From contig NC_069001.1 in the NCBI RefSeq assembly GCF_001194135.2, positions 19,285,411 to 19,349,410 on the forward strand: 64,000 nt of DNA, written 5' to 3'. This DNA comes from Octopus bimaculoides. Its lineage: Eukaryota. The notes below the pieces were generated by a model. That model saw only the letters and a program-made list of their open reading frames with translations. It did no database searches and was not told where the DNA came from. Within the stretch, counting starts at the first letter, position 1. Every line of letters starts with the position of its first letter. Below are positions 13,480 through 27,185 of the stretch, in pieces. The position numbers and the translations under genes are program-made.

Positions 13480-14745
13480 TGAGAGGTGTTCATTAAAGAT
13501 TTCCCTTGACCCACTTCCGGTTATTGCAGGAAACGGAACTTGCACAGGTATACGTCTCTACATGCCACATTGTAAATTGCAGCTTTCCACTAGTATTCGT
13601 TTGTCTTTTATGGTGGCTGAAGTGGACTAAGGTATTACAATGGAGGCAGATGAATGCAGATCAGTGATCAGGTTCTTGCACTTGACAGGTCATACACCAA
13701 AAGAGACTTTTGGTGAGATGAAAGTTTATGGTGATGACGCACCATTATATGATGTAGTCAAGCACTAGCATCGCCAGTTCAAATGTGGTTGGACACCAGT
13801 GGAAACTGCACCTATTCCTGGACAACCACATTCAGCCATTGATGACGACACTATCCATAAAATGGAAGCTGCCATTTTGGAGGACCGCCACATAACTATT
13901 TGGCAACAAACCCAAGAAGTGAAGATAAGTGTTGAGTCCATGGAAAAAATCATTCACAGCCAATTGCACATGCAGAAGTTGTCTGCACGATGGATTTCGT
14001 AGATGCTCACACCTTTTCAGAAGCAGGAATGAGTCAATTGCTCCCAGGCTCTTTTGGCAATGTGCCAAGAAAATGAGGACTTTTTTGGCAGACTTATCAC
14101 ACAGGATGAAACAAGGGTCCATCATTATGATCCAGTCGAAGCAATGGAAGCATGATAACTCACCACCTCCAAAGAAGGCTCATGTCCAACCCTCAGCAGG
14201 CAAGGTGATGTTCACAGTCTTTTGAAACCAGTGTGGATTAGTGATGATGGATTTTCTGGCAAAGGGCACCACAACTGATGGGGAATATTATGCTTCTCTG
14301 CTGCAGAAATTGCGGGACACCATCAAAGCAGAGAGGCATGGCATGCTGACCAAAGAAGTCTGCCTCCTCCAAGACAACATCCCAGTTCACAATATGCATG
14401 TTGCCCAGATGAAAGCACACTCCCACGGCTATGAAGTCCTTCCTCATCCCCCTTACTCTCCTGACCTTGCACCATCTGACTTCCACCACTTTCCAGCCAT
14501 GAGGTCTTTTTTGAAGGGGAAACACTTTTCGGATGATAATGAACTTATTTCTGAGGTATAGTCTTGGCTCCAAACATAACCTACTGACTTCTACAAATGA
14601 GGTCTTCACAGTAGCATAGAGTGATGGGAGAAGTGTATCATCACTGGTGGTGGCTATGTAGAGAAGGACTAATAATTATGTCAAGTTTTGTTTATCCCAG
14701 TCCTTGGGAAGTGGGTCAGGGGAAATTTTTAATGAACACCCCTCA
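13480..14745 (+). mobile_element. Near-full-length mariner (DD34D) with TIRs, pseudogenised
   Basis: TIRs TGAGAGGTGTTCATTAAAGATTTCCC / GGAAATTTTTAATGAACACCCCTCA; TA on the left flank; motifs TQDETRVH, LLQDNIPVH, HPPYSPDLAPSDFH. Confidence 0.95.
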
Positions 14746-15929
14746 CAGAAATATAGACTAAGAGCTGTACCCTCCCTTTTCCAATAGCTACAAAAATTTA
14801 TAACTATATGCTGCTTAACTGCATACATCCAGAAATTAAAAAGGTATTGAGCAAAAATCAAAATGGCTTTTGAAGAGGACAATCAACTACCAGTCATATC
14901 TTAACCATTCAAAAAATTCTTGAAGGTGTGAAGACTAAAAATATAAGTAGTGTTCTGTTATTTGTTGATTTCTCCAAAGCCTTCAGTTACCTAGAGGTAA
15001 AATGGAAGAAACACTGTTAGATGAAACAGTAAAAGCCATTATGATACTCAGCAAAAATACGTTCAATGGTACAATCTCTAGATGGTGATATAAGCTTCTC
15101 TGAAATTGTCGGAGTGCTACAAGGTGACACTTTAGCACCCTATGCCTACATCAATTCTTTGGATTACTTTCTCAGAACTTCTGTTGATGCAATTAAAGAC
15201 AATGGATTTACACTACTACATCCATGAAAGAGATATCTTGCCACAAAAATAACAGATGCAGATTATGCTGATGATTTAGTGCTACTCTCCGATCTAATAA
15301 GCTAAGCAGAAACCCTTCTTGAACATTCAGCCAAATGCAAAACAGATTACATAAACAGACAAAACAGATTGCATAAGCTTAAATCAAAATAATAACTAGC
15401 ATCTCTCAACTGTGTAGAATACTTATCTATATAGTAAAATGTCTAGCTGCAAAAGTGATGTAAACACATGCATTGGCAGCCTGGGCTGCCATCAACAAGT
15501 TATCTCTAGTATGTAAATCGAGACTTCCAGACAACATAAAAAGGAGCCTCTTTCAAGTAACTGTTACCTCTGTCTATTGTAAGGCTGCTCTGCATGAACC
15601 CTTACCTCAAAACTGGAAAGAAGATTGGATGGCACCTACACTTGCATGCTAAGTGTGGCTTTGAATATCACCTGGAGAGAGATCTAAGCAACTGTATGGG
15701 AACCTTCATCCAATATTAGACATCAACAAAGAGTGTAGAGTCAGATTCAAAAGGCATTGCTGGAGAGCTAAAGATGAAATAGAATTGGATGGTGACAGAG
15801 TCACAGGAATCCATACAAGGAGTGTGATTGGATGGGGAAAGCTTCTGAATATAAAGGATTGCATACAATTACCACTTTAGATAAACTTAGTGCAACGATT
15901 GATAAGAAGAAATCTCCACTTTAAGATCC

Positions 15930-18900
15930 AGGTATGACAGAAGTCTGGCAGTGATATTTTATGCTACAACAAGAACAAATGGGTTTCTGCACACTAATGA
16001 TAAAAATAATTTTATCAAATGCTAGTATGATAGCCATATAGAAAGTTTCGGTAATGGTGAAATCCTTGAAACTTGAAGAAATGAATGACATGCAATGTCA
16101 TCAGTTCATCGCCAAAAGAAATCAATAATTGTTGAAAGACTCAGAGATTATTATCACAAGATGTAAATCTGGCTGCATCAATCTAATGTTGTTCTCAGAG
16201 ATTATATAACTCAACTCATTTTTGTCAATTTTATAAAAATTGGAACTAAAATGCCAGAGTACAGAGAAGATTCAAATGAAACTCATAGATACCTGCAATC
16301 ATCTGAGCATCGTGTAAAATCATTAGAATATCTTCAATCAGGTGAACTGAATCTCAATGCATGTATTGAAATTATTCAACAATTTAAAATGATTTCTAAA
16401 TCTTGGATAATTGAAAGAAAGAGTAGGGCGATGTTGATGATATCAATGTATCATATAGAACTAATAAAAACAAATATAAACCTAGTTCTGATTGTTACTT
16501 TTGAAGATGTAAGCATGTACCATCAAAATGTTTTGCCTTTGATTAAAATTGTTTCAAATACAGATTAAAGAATCACTTTCAGAAAATATGTAAAACACAC
16601 GCACAAAGAAAAACAGGTTGAGGAAATTTTTAAATGAAGATGCTGAAAGTATTTATGAAATTGTTATAAAGACAGTACTATGATCAATGTACACAAGATG
16701 ATTTTGAATTCTAATTAAACTTGGATTACAAATGAGTTTGTGGCAGCTTCAGATACAAGCACAGAAATATTTAAGAATACAAAATACATCTGTACATTGC
16801 TGTGAGAGAAGAAAAATTATGGAAAATGAACCATGTGAAAATGTAAAACAGTTTAAAAGGATAAATTTTTCTGATGATATGAAAAAATATCTTATCACTG
16901 TGATATCTCTGGTCTATAATTCTTCTAGAGAAATACCTTAACTAATTACAAATTCATTTATATAAGATAAGAAGTAATTAGAATCCTTGATAAGACTTGG
17001 CAATTTCTCTGAGAGATTGAAGATATTTTGTTAATTATTCAGGTATGTTATTTTTTGCAATACTCTGCAAATGTGGTGTCCCTTTTTCCTGGGGAGGTCA
17101 ATAGCAAAAGGTATTTGAGCATGGAAAACTGATGTTAGTATCAAAAGCCTGTGATCCAGATTTATGATGTTACAGCCATCCTGTCGTTTGTCAAGAGCAT
17201 TTAATCATAGTTAAGATTGAAAGAAAAGCTTTGGTGATTGCATGGTATCTTCAAAAGCATGGTGTTTTGAATTTGGTTAACAATTTAAATTGGTCTTAGA
17301 TCATATACCACTAGAATATATTTATGGCCAATTTCAAGTTGAACCTTACAAATAACAGCATTTGATTCTGAAACATACTATGTAAAGAGACCTGAAATAC
17401 CTTATGGTGATGTATTGCAATTGGAATCTATGAATAATGTAGGTTTGGATGAACATGAACATAATGATGACTTTTTGTATCCATCTTGTACAAAAGACAT
17501 TCAAGAATGTAAAAATATAAATTAGAGATGGTCAATGGCAATATTTTAACTGCTATATTAAAAATAATATATTATTTTAATAATCCTTTCTACTATAGGC
17601 ACAAGGGCTGGATTTTTGTGGGGAGGGGGACAATTGATCACATCAAACCCAGTACTTGACCGGTACTTAATTTATTGACCACCAAAAGGATGAAAGGCAA
17701 AGTTGACCTTGATGGAATTTGAACTCAGAATGTAGTGACAGATGAAATACCGCTAAGCATTTCAACCGGCGTGTTAATGATTCTGCCAGCTCACCGCCTT
17801 CAACAGACCAATTTTAGTCTGATTCTGAAAAGTCATTTAAGTTATTGAAAAATAAGTTAAAAGTTGAAGATGCATTTTGTACAACAGAGAATTGATTGAA
17901 ATTAGAAGAATAGTGGCCTAGTTGCTGTGAAGATGTGGAAGAACAATATGTAAGGATATATCTGTCATGGGCAAGAATGAAAGTGGCATTACTTTACACA
18001 GGACACATGTGGCCTGACGAAATTAAAGCATGGATATATATCCATATGCATCATGCTTGTATCAAGAATTTAGAACCACTCTTCTTACTTGTTGATACAT
18101 ACCATAAGTAATAAGAATTACGAATAAAGAAGCTGAAATGATTAGATGAGTTATACGAATTGTGCTTGTCAGAAAGAATGTTTCAGAAACATTAATGTCA
18201 AACTAAGTCTAGGAATTTCATAATGACTTAACTACATGGCTTAATAAAATCAGTCATAAGCACCTGCACATCATCCAGAAACAAATGGAATTGATGAAAG
18301 TTAAAATAAATTCACCAAGTAAAGGTTCTGTTAACGTTTTAGCATTGAGATTTCTTTGTCAATTGTAATGCTTATTCATTCACATTGCTTTGAATTAATC
18401 ATACATTATCTTGTAGTTTCAAGATTTTAATGGTGTGTTTGTATACTTTTAGAATGACATTGTAGGATAGGTATGAGAAGTTGGATCTGGTCAATTTTAA
18501 CAGGTGGAATATTTGGGTCAATCCTTCACTCCAAAAGAATTCTTTATCCACCTTTTTACATGGTAGACAGATAACAATGCCTTATGGATCTACAGTTCCA
18601 ATTTGCTATCGGTACTGATTAAATGAACCATAAGGAGCTAGGTTTATAGCTCAAACAGGTAACAATACGGTTGTGAATTTTAATGGAGAACAGTGTTTAC
18701 CAGCTCATGAAACAATGATACAAAGAAACAATGATACAAATATTGATAATAAACAAATTGTGAAAACAGTTTCTCAGTCTTTGAATGTTATTTCAGACTC
18801 TATTAATAATGATTGTGATTTGACAACTGATACCAGAACAAATACTACAAGTAGTGTTAGATTTGTTTCTGAGACACAGATGTTAAGTTAATTTCATTGT
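15930..18900 (+). mobile_element. Heavily decayed second Gypsy element (gag-pro-RH-IN remnants)
   Basis: Double zinc-knuckle-like CYF*..KHVPSKCFAFD*NCFKYRLKNHFQKIC (~16490-16590); protease-like DTST; RNase H-like IERKALVIAW (~17215); integrase-like PAHHPETNGIDE (~18263). Confidence 0.65.
17585..17799 (-). mobile_element. tRNA-derived SINE inserted in the Gypsy relic
   Basis: Homologous to 124-336. Confidence 0.8.
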
Positions 18901-19743
18901 AGCATTGCATGCATTTAACTTGTTGATTAAGACTATTTAAGGCTGCTATCAGCTTAGTGTCAGAGCTCAGCCACTCAGCTGAATAAAGATTCTAACCATA
19001 AAGACTCCCATGTGGGTTTGGTTTACTTAGATAAACTTAGCACAATACAACAATGGTGTTGCTGATTAATAATAACCAACTTCCACTTGACGACTCATAT
19101 ATGTGAAGTCTATGTAATTCCATCTTGTTTTAAATGGAATAAAAGTTGTTCTGTAATTGTTAGAACAGAAAAATAACACCTTGATGCAAGAAAATTCAGT
19201 TCCAATTTTAACAAAAGCAAAAGGAGGCTAAAAAACAAGAAACCTTCACAAGAATTAGGAGAAATATCACCATAAAAGCAGTGTTTCTCCTGCTTTATTT
19301 TAATGTATGTAACATGATTTCATTTTTCAGGGTCCTACCATTTACATTATAGTATTGTTTATTATATATAGCTCTGCTGTTCATTACTGAGTTTATAGAG
19401 TACTTTTATATATCATTTAACAAAATACATCTTACCATCTTTTGAAAAATAGTTATATATACATAGAGACAGAGAGAGAGGGAGGGAGAGAGATACTAAC
19501 AGACAGATATATGAATTACAGCCACATTAACACCATTCTATTTTGATAGTATAAAATACTGCTGAAGAGGTTTCAGCCTACACTACATCTGTAAATTAAA
19601 CTTTATATATCTATCACCTGATTAGCTATCAAAGAACATAAACGATTTCATTAGTCCTTTAAGACAAAGCAAAGAGGAACAGAAAACTGAAAGCAAATTA
19701 CAAAAAGCAGAAGGACCAGATGCTGAACAATCATATCCTGTTA

Positions 19744-19857
<114 letters not shown>

Positions 19858-19949
19858 TTAGAATATTAATTTTACACTTTGTTAGATATTTTTTGAAAGC
19901 TTTTCAAAGAAACAAATTTAAAAATATAATTACAATACTAACAATATCA

Positions 19950-21425
19950 AGCTTATGCCCTGAAAAGCAGAGTCCCCAAGAGCAGGGTTTGTGATGCTCA
20001 TGATGAAACAATTTGACCATATAGGATCTTGGTGTCCAAACTTGACTCCAACCAAAAACAAAACTAGACACTAGAGTTGGCCAATACATTTACTAAACAC
20101 TAGCTGCAATGTATTGAACTGGAATATCAGGGAAGTAAAGAAAATTGACAGAAAAATATGCAAGCTGCTGAGTTATAATAAGATGCATCACCCAAAGGTA
20201 GACATAGATCATTTTTACTTTCCCAGAGCCCAAGGAGGTTGAGACTTGATCCAGTTTAAACTCTCTTACAAAACCATCACAATTAGACTAGCCAAATATC
20301 TTGAAACAACAAACAACTGGCTGCTAAAACTTGTTGAAAATCATGAGAGGCATAAGAAGCTTCAGTCTGTCATAAAGGAAACCAAAACATTTGCTACTGA
20401 TCTCATGCATGATACCCAGGTTGAACAACTATTGTTGCAAAGAAGGTGAAATTAATAGCAAAGAAAAAAGTGTACAAGCAATTGGCTTATAGATGGGAGC
20501 AGAAACACCTGCATGGCAAACATGTGGCCTGTAGCAAACAAGCAGATGTACACCAGAAGCATACTCATCGATGGCTACAGAGCTCAGGATAAAAGGCAGA
20601 GAGTAAAGGCTTCATCTTAGCTGCACAAGATCAGAGCTTATTGATTCAGAACTGCTTAGTCAATGTGATGAAAAATGGAGTAGATTCAAAGTGCCAATTC
20701 TGCAATGATGAGATTGAAACAGCGGACCACCTAATCTCTGGATGTAAAGTTTTAGCATCAGTAAAGTATAAATCAAGACATGACAGAGTTGTCCAATAGC
20801 TACACTGGTTAATATAATGACATTATAAAATCAAGCTGACAAATGATACAAGCATCACTCTGAGGCTGCATCACTCTGAGGGAGAAAATGTAACGATGCT
20901 TTGAGACTTTCCTGTCTTACAAATAGAACCATCAAAAATAATAAACTGGATATTGCTGTAGAAGACCAAAATATCAAAGTTTGTTTATTGATTAATATGA
21001 GTATCCCTTGTGATCATAATATTGTAGCAAAAGAATTTGACAAGCTCAAAAATATAAAAATTTGCTCATAGAAATCAAAAAATGTGGCATCTCAAGATGG
21101 TTACAATACCAATGATTGCATGAGCACTAGGAATGATCAAAAAAGGAACTGAAAATTACTTGACAATGATGCCTGGCTTACCATTCCTACAAGAAGTGCA
21201 AAAGATGATTTTAACCTGTATGTCACACATACTGAGTAGAGCATTGTTGCTATGGGAATGAAAACCAACCATGTAAATAATTTATTTCTAACTATTTAAT
21301 CTGGTGTGTTTATTTTAATAGCCTATCAATGTATACAGTGCATTTCTTTGCCCTAGATATCAGGAAGACACTCAGCAAGAAATGGAAACAAAACTGAAAG
21401 AAGAAAAACTCATAGTAATAATAAT
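19950..21425 (+). mobile_element. R4/Dong-clade non-LTR retrotransposon 3' portion (restriction-like endonuclease)
   Basis: DRKICKLL..MHHPKVDIDHFYFPRAQGG; CQFCNDEIETADHLISGC..RHDRV (CCHC + RHD); K(P/L)DI..CLLINMSIP..KEFDK; ends at a (TAA)n run. Confidence 0.85.
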
Positions 21426-21429
21426 GATT

Positions 21430-21743
21430 TTATTTTATTTGCCATCATGGCAATGGGTGAGGGGCAACCATATAAATACAATGAAAAGAAAAAATATGTA
21501 AAAGGTATGCACACTATACAGTAAAAATAAAAATAAATATATATAGTACACATCAGTTAAAAAGGGTAATAATGATGTAGTCCCCCTGATACAAGAGGAT
21601 CTCTGGGGCCAATTGAGGAACCTCACCATTCAAGATGTCTTTGGACACCTAGGATAAGTGCTCTCACCATTTCCTGTTCTCTAATTCCACACATCATTTT
21701 TGATACTTAAACCTATATTTCAGTACATATGCTTAGGGACAGT

Positions 21744-21801
<58 letters not shown>

Positions 21802-23950
21802 TTTTCAAGTGAAACTTGAAATAGTCAATGATGGCTCTACCAAAGGGGAATATATCTGTCATCATACCTTTCAGCCTCATCCACCAGACAAAGGAAAAGT
21901 GCCTTACCTGCCCTGTTAAAGGAGGGTAGTGGAGCAATCTTCACTATGGACTTGGCTGATAGACAGATCTGCCTTACATACAACAGCAACTGTTTGACAA
22001 CTCCACAAGTCAGTAATGCACTCTGCACATATCTCAGATAAACCTGTCTGTGCCTGTAGAGTTTATCTGAAACTGGTAGTACCCCTCAGTAGCACTGCCA
22101 GGCCAAGGACTTCAGGAAATTATTCATTGTAGTCCCCAACCAGAAAGTCTACTAGAGCAGACAAGTCTCCTCATTTTTAACGATACCCAAAGTCTCTCCA
22201 TAAATGCTGTCGCACTTCTCAGCCACAAATTGTCTATATATTGCTACAGTGGAACATCCACCAATCCTATTGCTCAGCTGGTGGAGGGCTGTGAGCACCT
22301 GACAGTCTAGGTACCAGGCACCCAGTCTCAATATCTCCTTCACCCAGGATTGCAGCTCTGCCAAGATGAACTGCAGAAAGATGTGCCTCCCAAGTGGAGT
22401 TCATACACACTCACTGTCTAGAAATCATTGCAAATGATGCACTCACAGCTCATATCTGCACATCAGCAACCATGGCATGCCTAAGCTGCCATACAGAGGG
22501 TGCTGGCAGCAGACTGACTACTGAACACATCCTTTTCACATGAAAATAAATAACAGATGTTCCAATCTGATCAGTAGCTGGGACAAGGTATGACAGTCAG
22601 GTGATAAATAATAATGGAGGTGATATAGGCATTTACCACCTTTGCCTGCCACCAACTTGTATTTCTTTAGAATGGTGCCAACCACCTCAACTCAAAATGC
22701 ATCTGATACCATGATGATGTCATCTGTATATGCCAACACTACTCTCCTGTGTTCCGATTTAAATGGGATGCCTCTCAACTGTTCCAGCTTACACAGCAGT
22801 GGCTCAAGAGCCAGCATGTACAGAAGAGGTGTGAGCAGGCAACCTTGATGAACTGAGTGTGCGATTGTGAAATGGTTCCAATAGGTGACTTTTTACTTTG
22901 ATCACTGAGCAGGTACTGCAATGCATTGCAGTGATATAATCTCTGCAAACGGGTCCAAATCTGGTTGATTTCAGGATGGTTTCGAACTTCAGTTGGTCAA
23001 ATTTAACAAATGCTTTAGATAGATCCAAATTGATCATAGCCTCACTGAAGCTAGCATTTGTCCCTACCCTCTCAATGATGTTGTTTTTGTTGTTTCTGTT
23101 TTGGCTGTTGTTTTTGTGTTTTCTTGTTGATGTTCCTGTTGTCTTTATTGGAGTAGTTGTGAAATGGGCTGTAGTTGTTCTTTTTGTGTTTGTTGTTGTA
23201 TTTGTTGTGTTCTCAGAGTGTCACTCTGTACCCTCCTCCCCTTTCTGCTTCTTTCTTCAAGTTATTCCCCAAGGAATCAGTGGGAGATAGTGAAGTCTGG
23301 TCAAAACTTGTGGTATCTGAATCATTGTAATTGGTGTTGGTTTGGTAACCAGAGAGTTCAGAAGGAGTCTGCTCTTCTGTGGGAGCAGGGAACAAACTTT
23401 TCTTCTACCTTGATCTTGGTGTAGATGTCCTCAGCTACTTATGGTGTTGAGATATGGTCATGGTATTGACAACAGGGATGGTTTAGATTTCTTTAACTGA
23501 GAGGAAGAAGACTTTTGATGAGTGGCACTTCCATAAGCATAATATTTTCCTTTCTGTCCTCTACCACTAATCTTATGGTCTCCATGCCTTCCATGCAGAA
23601 GATGTCAGGGATCTTACAGAAGTTTTCTACTATGACAAGCATTTTCACTTCCACTCTAACCACTGACCAATTTTATTTTGGGGTCGATTTCATGATTAGT
23701 ATATCGCCATATTCATCTTGTATCATCCCAATTTCTGGCAACACATTTGTAAATATAACTTAATGCACTCATCTCCCAGAACAGGATGGAATGAAAATAT
23801 GTTCTGAAGAACAAGGGTGTATAGCTATCATTTTCATTTCTTCCTCACTTTAGCATATTGCTACCAGAGACCTAAACTCCTTGCCTTTCCTTACATGTGA
23901 AATCAAATCCCTAATATCTTTCAGGTAATTTTCTGCTTCTGATTTTCAAT
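21430..23950 (-). mobile_element. L1/Tx1-clade LINE relic (gag-like ORF1 + RT + C-terminus)
   Basis: RT: INLDLSKAF..RFGPVCRDYI, RQGC, AYTDD. ORF1: IRLVVEDRK followed by a degenerate knuckle KYYAYGSATHQKSS. The APE region is missing. Confidence 0.8.
21748..21798. repeat. (CT)n microsatellite
   Basis: Direct reading. Confidence 0.95.
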
Positions 23951-24064
23951 TATCCTAGTCTTCTTGTTAAGACAATGATAAATCACAGTTTTTCTCCTTT
24001 GTGATCTGATCTTTTTCACTAGGTGATAGAACAGGCATTTTTTACTGCAATTTTGCTCAGCTTG

Positions 24065-24320
24065 ATGGTCTTCTTCTCGAGCACAACATAATGCCAAAGA
24101 TCTCGGTCAGTGACTTCATTAGACCCAATGTTCTAAAAGTGTTCTTTACATGACACCAGCATGAGTGCACTTGGCTTGATGGGTCCTCTCAAGCACAGCA
24201 CATCGCCAAAGGTCTCGGTCACTAGCCATTGCCTCTGTGAGGCCTAAAGTTCAAAGATCATACTTCACCACCTTGTTCCATGTCTTCTTCCTGGGTATAC
24301 CTCTACCACAGCCCCCACTC
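24065..24320 (-). mobile_element. RTE LINE 3' ORF fragment (inside a local duplication)
   Basis: Reverse complement of the GRGIPRKTWNKVVKYDL region. Confidence 0.75.
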
Positions 24321-24727
24321 CCAGTTGATCTCAATAGAGTCAATGGCCATCCAACTATATGAGTCTTTAAGCACTGCAAGGATAAATACTTGATAACTAG
24401 CTTAAATGAGGGTAGATAAGCCACTCAAAAGTCTTAGCTGACTGTCTAGTGATGGTAACATGATAGAATTACTGGTTGGTGGTAGCCTTAAAACACATAC
24501 TTCAATTATGAGAGAAATATCAATAATGAGAAGTAATCCTGTGTCAATGAGGCCGGAGCTTTTAGCAAAGTTGTTGTGTCTAGCAGGTATCCTGTGAAAC
24601 AGCAGCACAGGCTCAATCATAATCAAGCTACTGCTGAGCCTCAACAATGAAGGAGATTAAATGGATGAAGGAGAACAATAAATTGTTGTTTGGATGTTAT
24701 ATTAGAAGTGAGCCACAGAAAAGAAGC

Positions 24728-25135
24728 TATCATCATCATCCTCATCTGGTTGATCTTGCTTGGACATTTTTAACATGCACACGCTATCCATCTCAGTCCT
24801 GCATCAGTTGAGGGAGGTCTTTAGGGAGGCATCCAGTGTCTACAGTGAGTTGATCTACATACATTGTATATAGATGACCAGCTCAAGTACAGCTATGCTT
24901 TGGCATCCATAGCAGTAGGTTACTTGCCGGCTCTTGTTTCGCTCACCAGCAACGTCCTGCTAAGTGCAAGCATCTTTCTCCTATGATGTTGGAAACTAGT
25001 AGATTTCCATATAGCTGTTTCTTGGTGGGATGAGTTCTCAAAGATATGTTTAAGACTGCACTTAACATTCGGGTGTATGTTCTATCAAGCTTGATTCCAG
25101 ATTTTGTTAAGTATCTAGGCTGTTGCTCGATATAA
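24728..25135 (-). mobile_element. RTE-X LINE 3' end with (GAT)n tail
   Basis: LDRTYTRMLSAVLNIS..HPTKKQLYGNL..HLAGRCW..YVDQL. Confidence 0.8.
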
Positions 25136-25309
25136 AAAGACTGACTCTATTGTTGCACAGAAAAAATTCCTCTTAAGGTTATCTGACAGAGTTGATTTCC
25201 AGACATCTTGTTAAGACAATGATAAATCACAGTTTTTCTCCTTTGTGATCTGATCTTTTTCACTAGGTGATAGAACAGGCATTTTTTACTGCAATTTTGC
25301 TCAGCTTGA

Positions 25310-25775
25310 TGGTCTTCTTCTCGAGCACAACATAATGCCAAAGATCTCGGTCAGTGACTTCATTAGACCCAATGTTCTAAAAGTGTCCTTTACATGACAC
25401 CAGCATGAGTGCACTTGGCTTGACGGGTCCTCTCAAGCACAGCACATCGCCAAAAGTCTCGGTCATTAGTCATTGCCTCTGTGAGGCCTAAAGTTCAAAG
25501 ATCATACTTCACTACCTTGTTCCATGTCTTCCTGGGTATACCTCTACCACAGCCCCCCACCCCACCCCAGTTAGGGATCGGCACTTCTTTACACAGCTGA
25601 CCTCTTCCATACACATCACATGACCATACCAGCACAGTTGTCTCTCTTGCACACCACATGTGATGACTCTTGTGCCCAACTTTTCTCTCAAGATGCTTAC
25701 ACTCTGTCAAACATGCACACTGACATTGCACATCCAGTGAAACATACTGGCTTCATTTCTTTCAAGCCTACACAA
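25310..25775 (-). mobile_element. RTE LINE 3' ORF fragment
   Basis: QERQLCWYGHVMCME..PRKTWNKVVKYDL. Confidence 0.8.
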
Positions 25776-25789
25776 GTTTGGTTTTACTA

Positions 25790-26680
25790 GGATTAACAAG
25801 CAGTTAATATTATGACTGGTGATTTCACCATTGACAAATTGAAAGAAGTCTATAAAAACACCAAAAGCCAAAAAGCTGATAATCTGAATAGCATTCTGCT
25901 TGAAGTCTAGAAAACAGGAGAATTCAATTGTATTTTGTTAGACTTCTGCAATACAGTCTACTATGGCGGCAACATTGACAAATGGACAGAAGGCTGCATA
26001 CTTTGATCTCCAAAGAAAGGTGATTTGGAACTCACAGAGAACTACAGAGACATCACTCTTACAGTAATTGCTGCAAAAATTTATAGTTCACTCCTATTCA
26101 ACAGGATACAACCATAAATTGAGAAAGTTTTGAGAAGAAATCAAAATGGCTTCAGAAAAAATAGATCAGCTGTCAGACAAATACTTACAGTTCAACATCT
26201 TGAAGGAGTAAAAGCCAGAAATCTTGAAGCAGCATTATTGTTTGTTGATTTCTCAAAGGCTTTTGACTATCTACCAAGGTAAAATAGAAAAAATACTACT
26301 GGCCTATGGTTTCCCTGAGGAAACAACACCAATAATTATGATGTTCTAGAACAAAACCCAAATCAATGGTAAGATCCCCACATGGAGATGCTAGTTTCTT
26401 TGATATCAGAGCTGAAGTACTCTAGGAGGACACATTGGTACCTTTTCTCTTTATGATCACTCTGAATTATGTCTTCAGGACATTACTTGACAAGCTAAAC
26501 AGCCTCAGTTTCACATTCACAAACAGACCAATCAGACATTCAGCTCAAAAAGTAACTGATGTAGACTATGCTGATGATTTAACTTTGCTCTCTCTGTCAC
26601 AGTATCAGCCCTAATTACTTCACAGTCTAGAATTAGCTACACGTAATGTTGGACTGCTTTGAAATCCTAGTAAAACCAAA
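25790..26680 (+). mobile_element. RTE-X LINE RT fragment
   Basis: KKGDLELTENYRDITL, RNQNGFRKNRS, LFVDFSKAFD, DYADDL. Confidence 0.88.
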
Positions 26681-26727
26681 ACTCAAAATGGCTATAGGAA
26701 AAAGTTATTAGAGTTCTGGAAAATATA

Positions 26728-27185
26728 CAGGGTGATTACGAAGTCTTTCCCTGATTATAAGCCTTTATTGAACAAAAACTTTTCAAGATACAGAAAGTTT
26801 TTTGGTATACTTACAGCATCTGCCAAGAAGTTTTTATTCACATAAAATGAAATTCAGTAAACTTCAACATGGGCCCCTTTTGTGGTTCAGAGCACATCTA
26901 ATTGATATTCAATTTCATCCCATGTGTTCTGAAGATTATCAGTTGTTACTGATGAGACTGCTTCAGCAAACCTGGCCTTTAGAGGCTGAAGATCATAACT
27001 GGTGTACTGTACACTTTGTCCTTCAGATACCCCAAAAAATAGAAATCTAGCGGGGTAGTGTCTGGTGAACATGGAGGCCATGGTGTTCGTCGACCTCTCC
27101 TAATCTACCTGTTTAGAAAGGTTTCATTCAAAAATTGATGGACACATATGCCCCAGGGTGGAGGAGCCCCATCTTGAGAGAAAAT
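26728..27185 (-). mobile_element. Tc1/mariner (maT/rosa-like) transposase 3' fragment with one TIR
   Basis: QDGAPP..WPPCSPDTTPLDF..GYLKDKVY; end TA|CAGGGTGATTAC. Confidence 0.8.

Larger units (their letters stand above)
9775..15835 (+). mobile_element. RTE-X-type LINE (APE endonuclease + RT), split by Gypsy and mariner insertions
   Basis: APE: FNVKT..EWIMVLASVWKNSINSIIECVG (9780-9934), resuming at 12278 with LNRIEKV..NPKATIILCYSPTN..VGDM. RT: KNQNGF..LFVDFSKAF (14860-14980), GVLQGDTLAP, DYADDL (~15262). Confidence 0.85.

Noticed and set aside
19556-19595. CTGAAGA-GG..CC hammerhead-like start
   Set aside because: The GAAA core is replaced by TACA and stem I is out of register
24340-24660. 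Coding-looking stretch (MIELLVGG..MREISIMRS)
   Set aside because: No recognisable domain or clear splice context; flanked by TE debris
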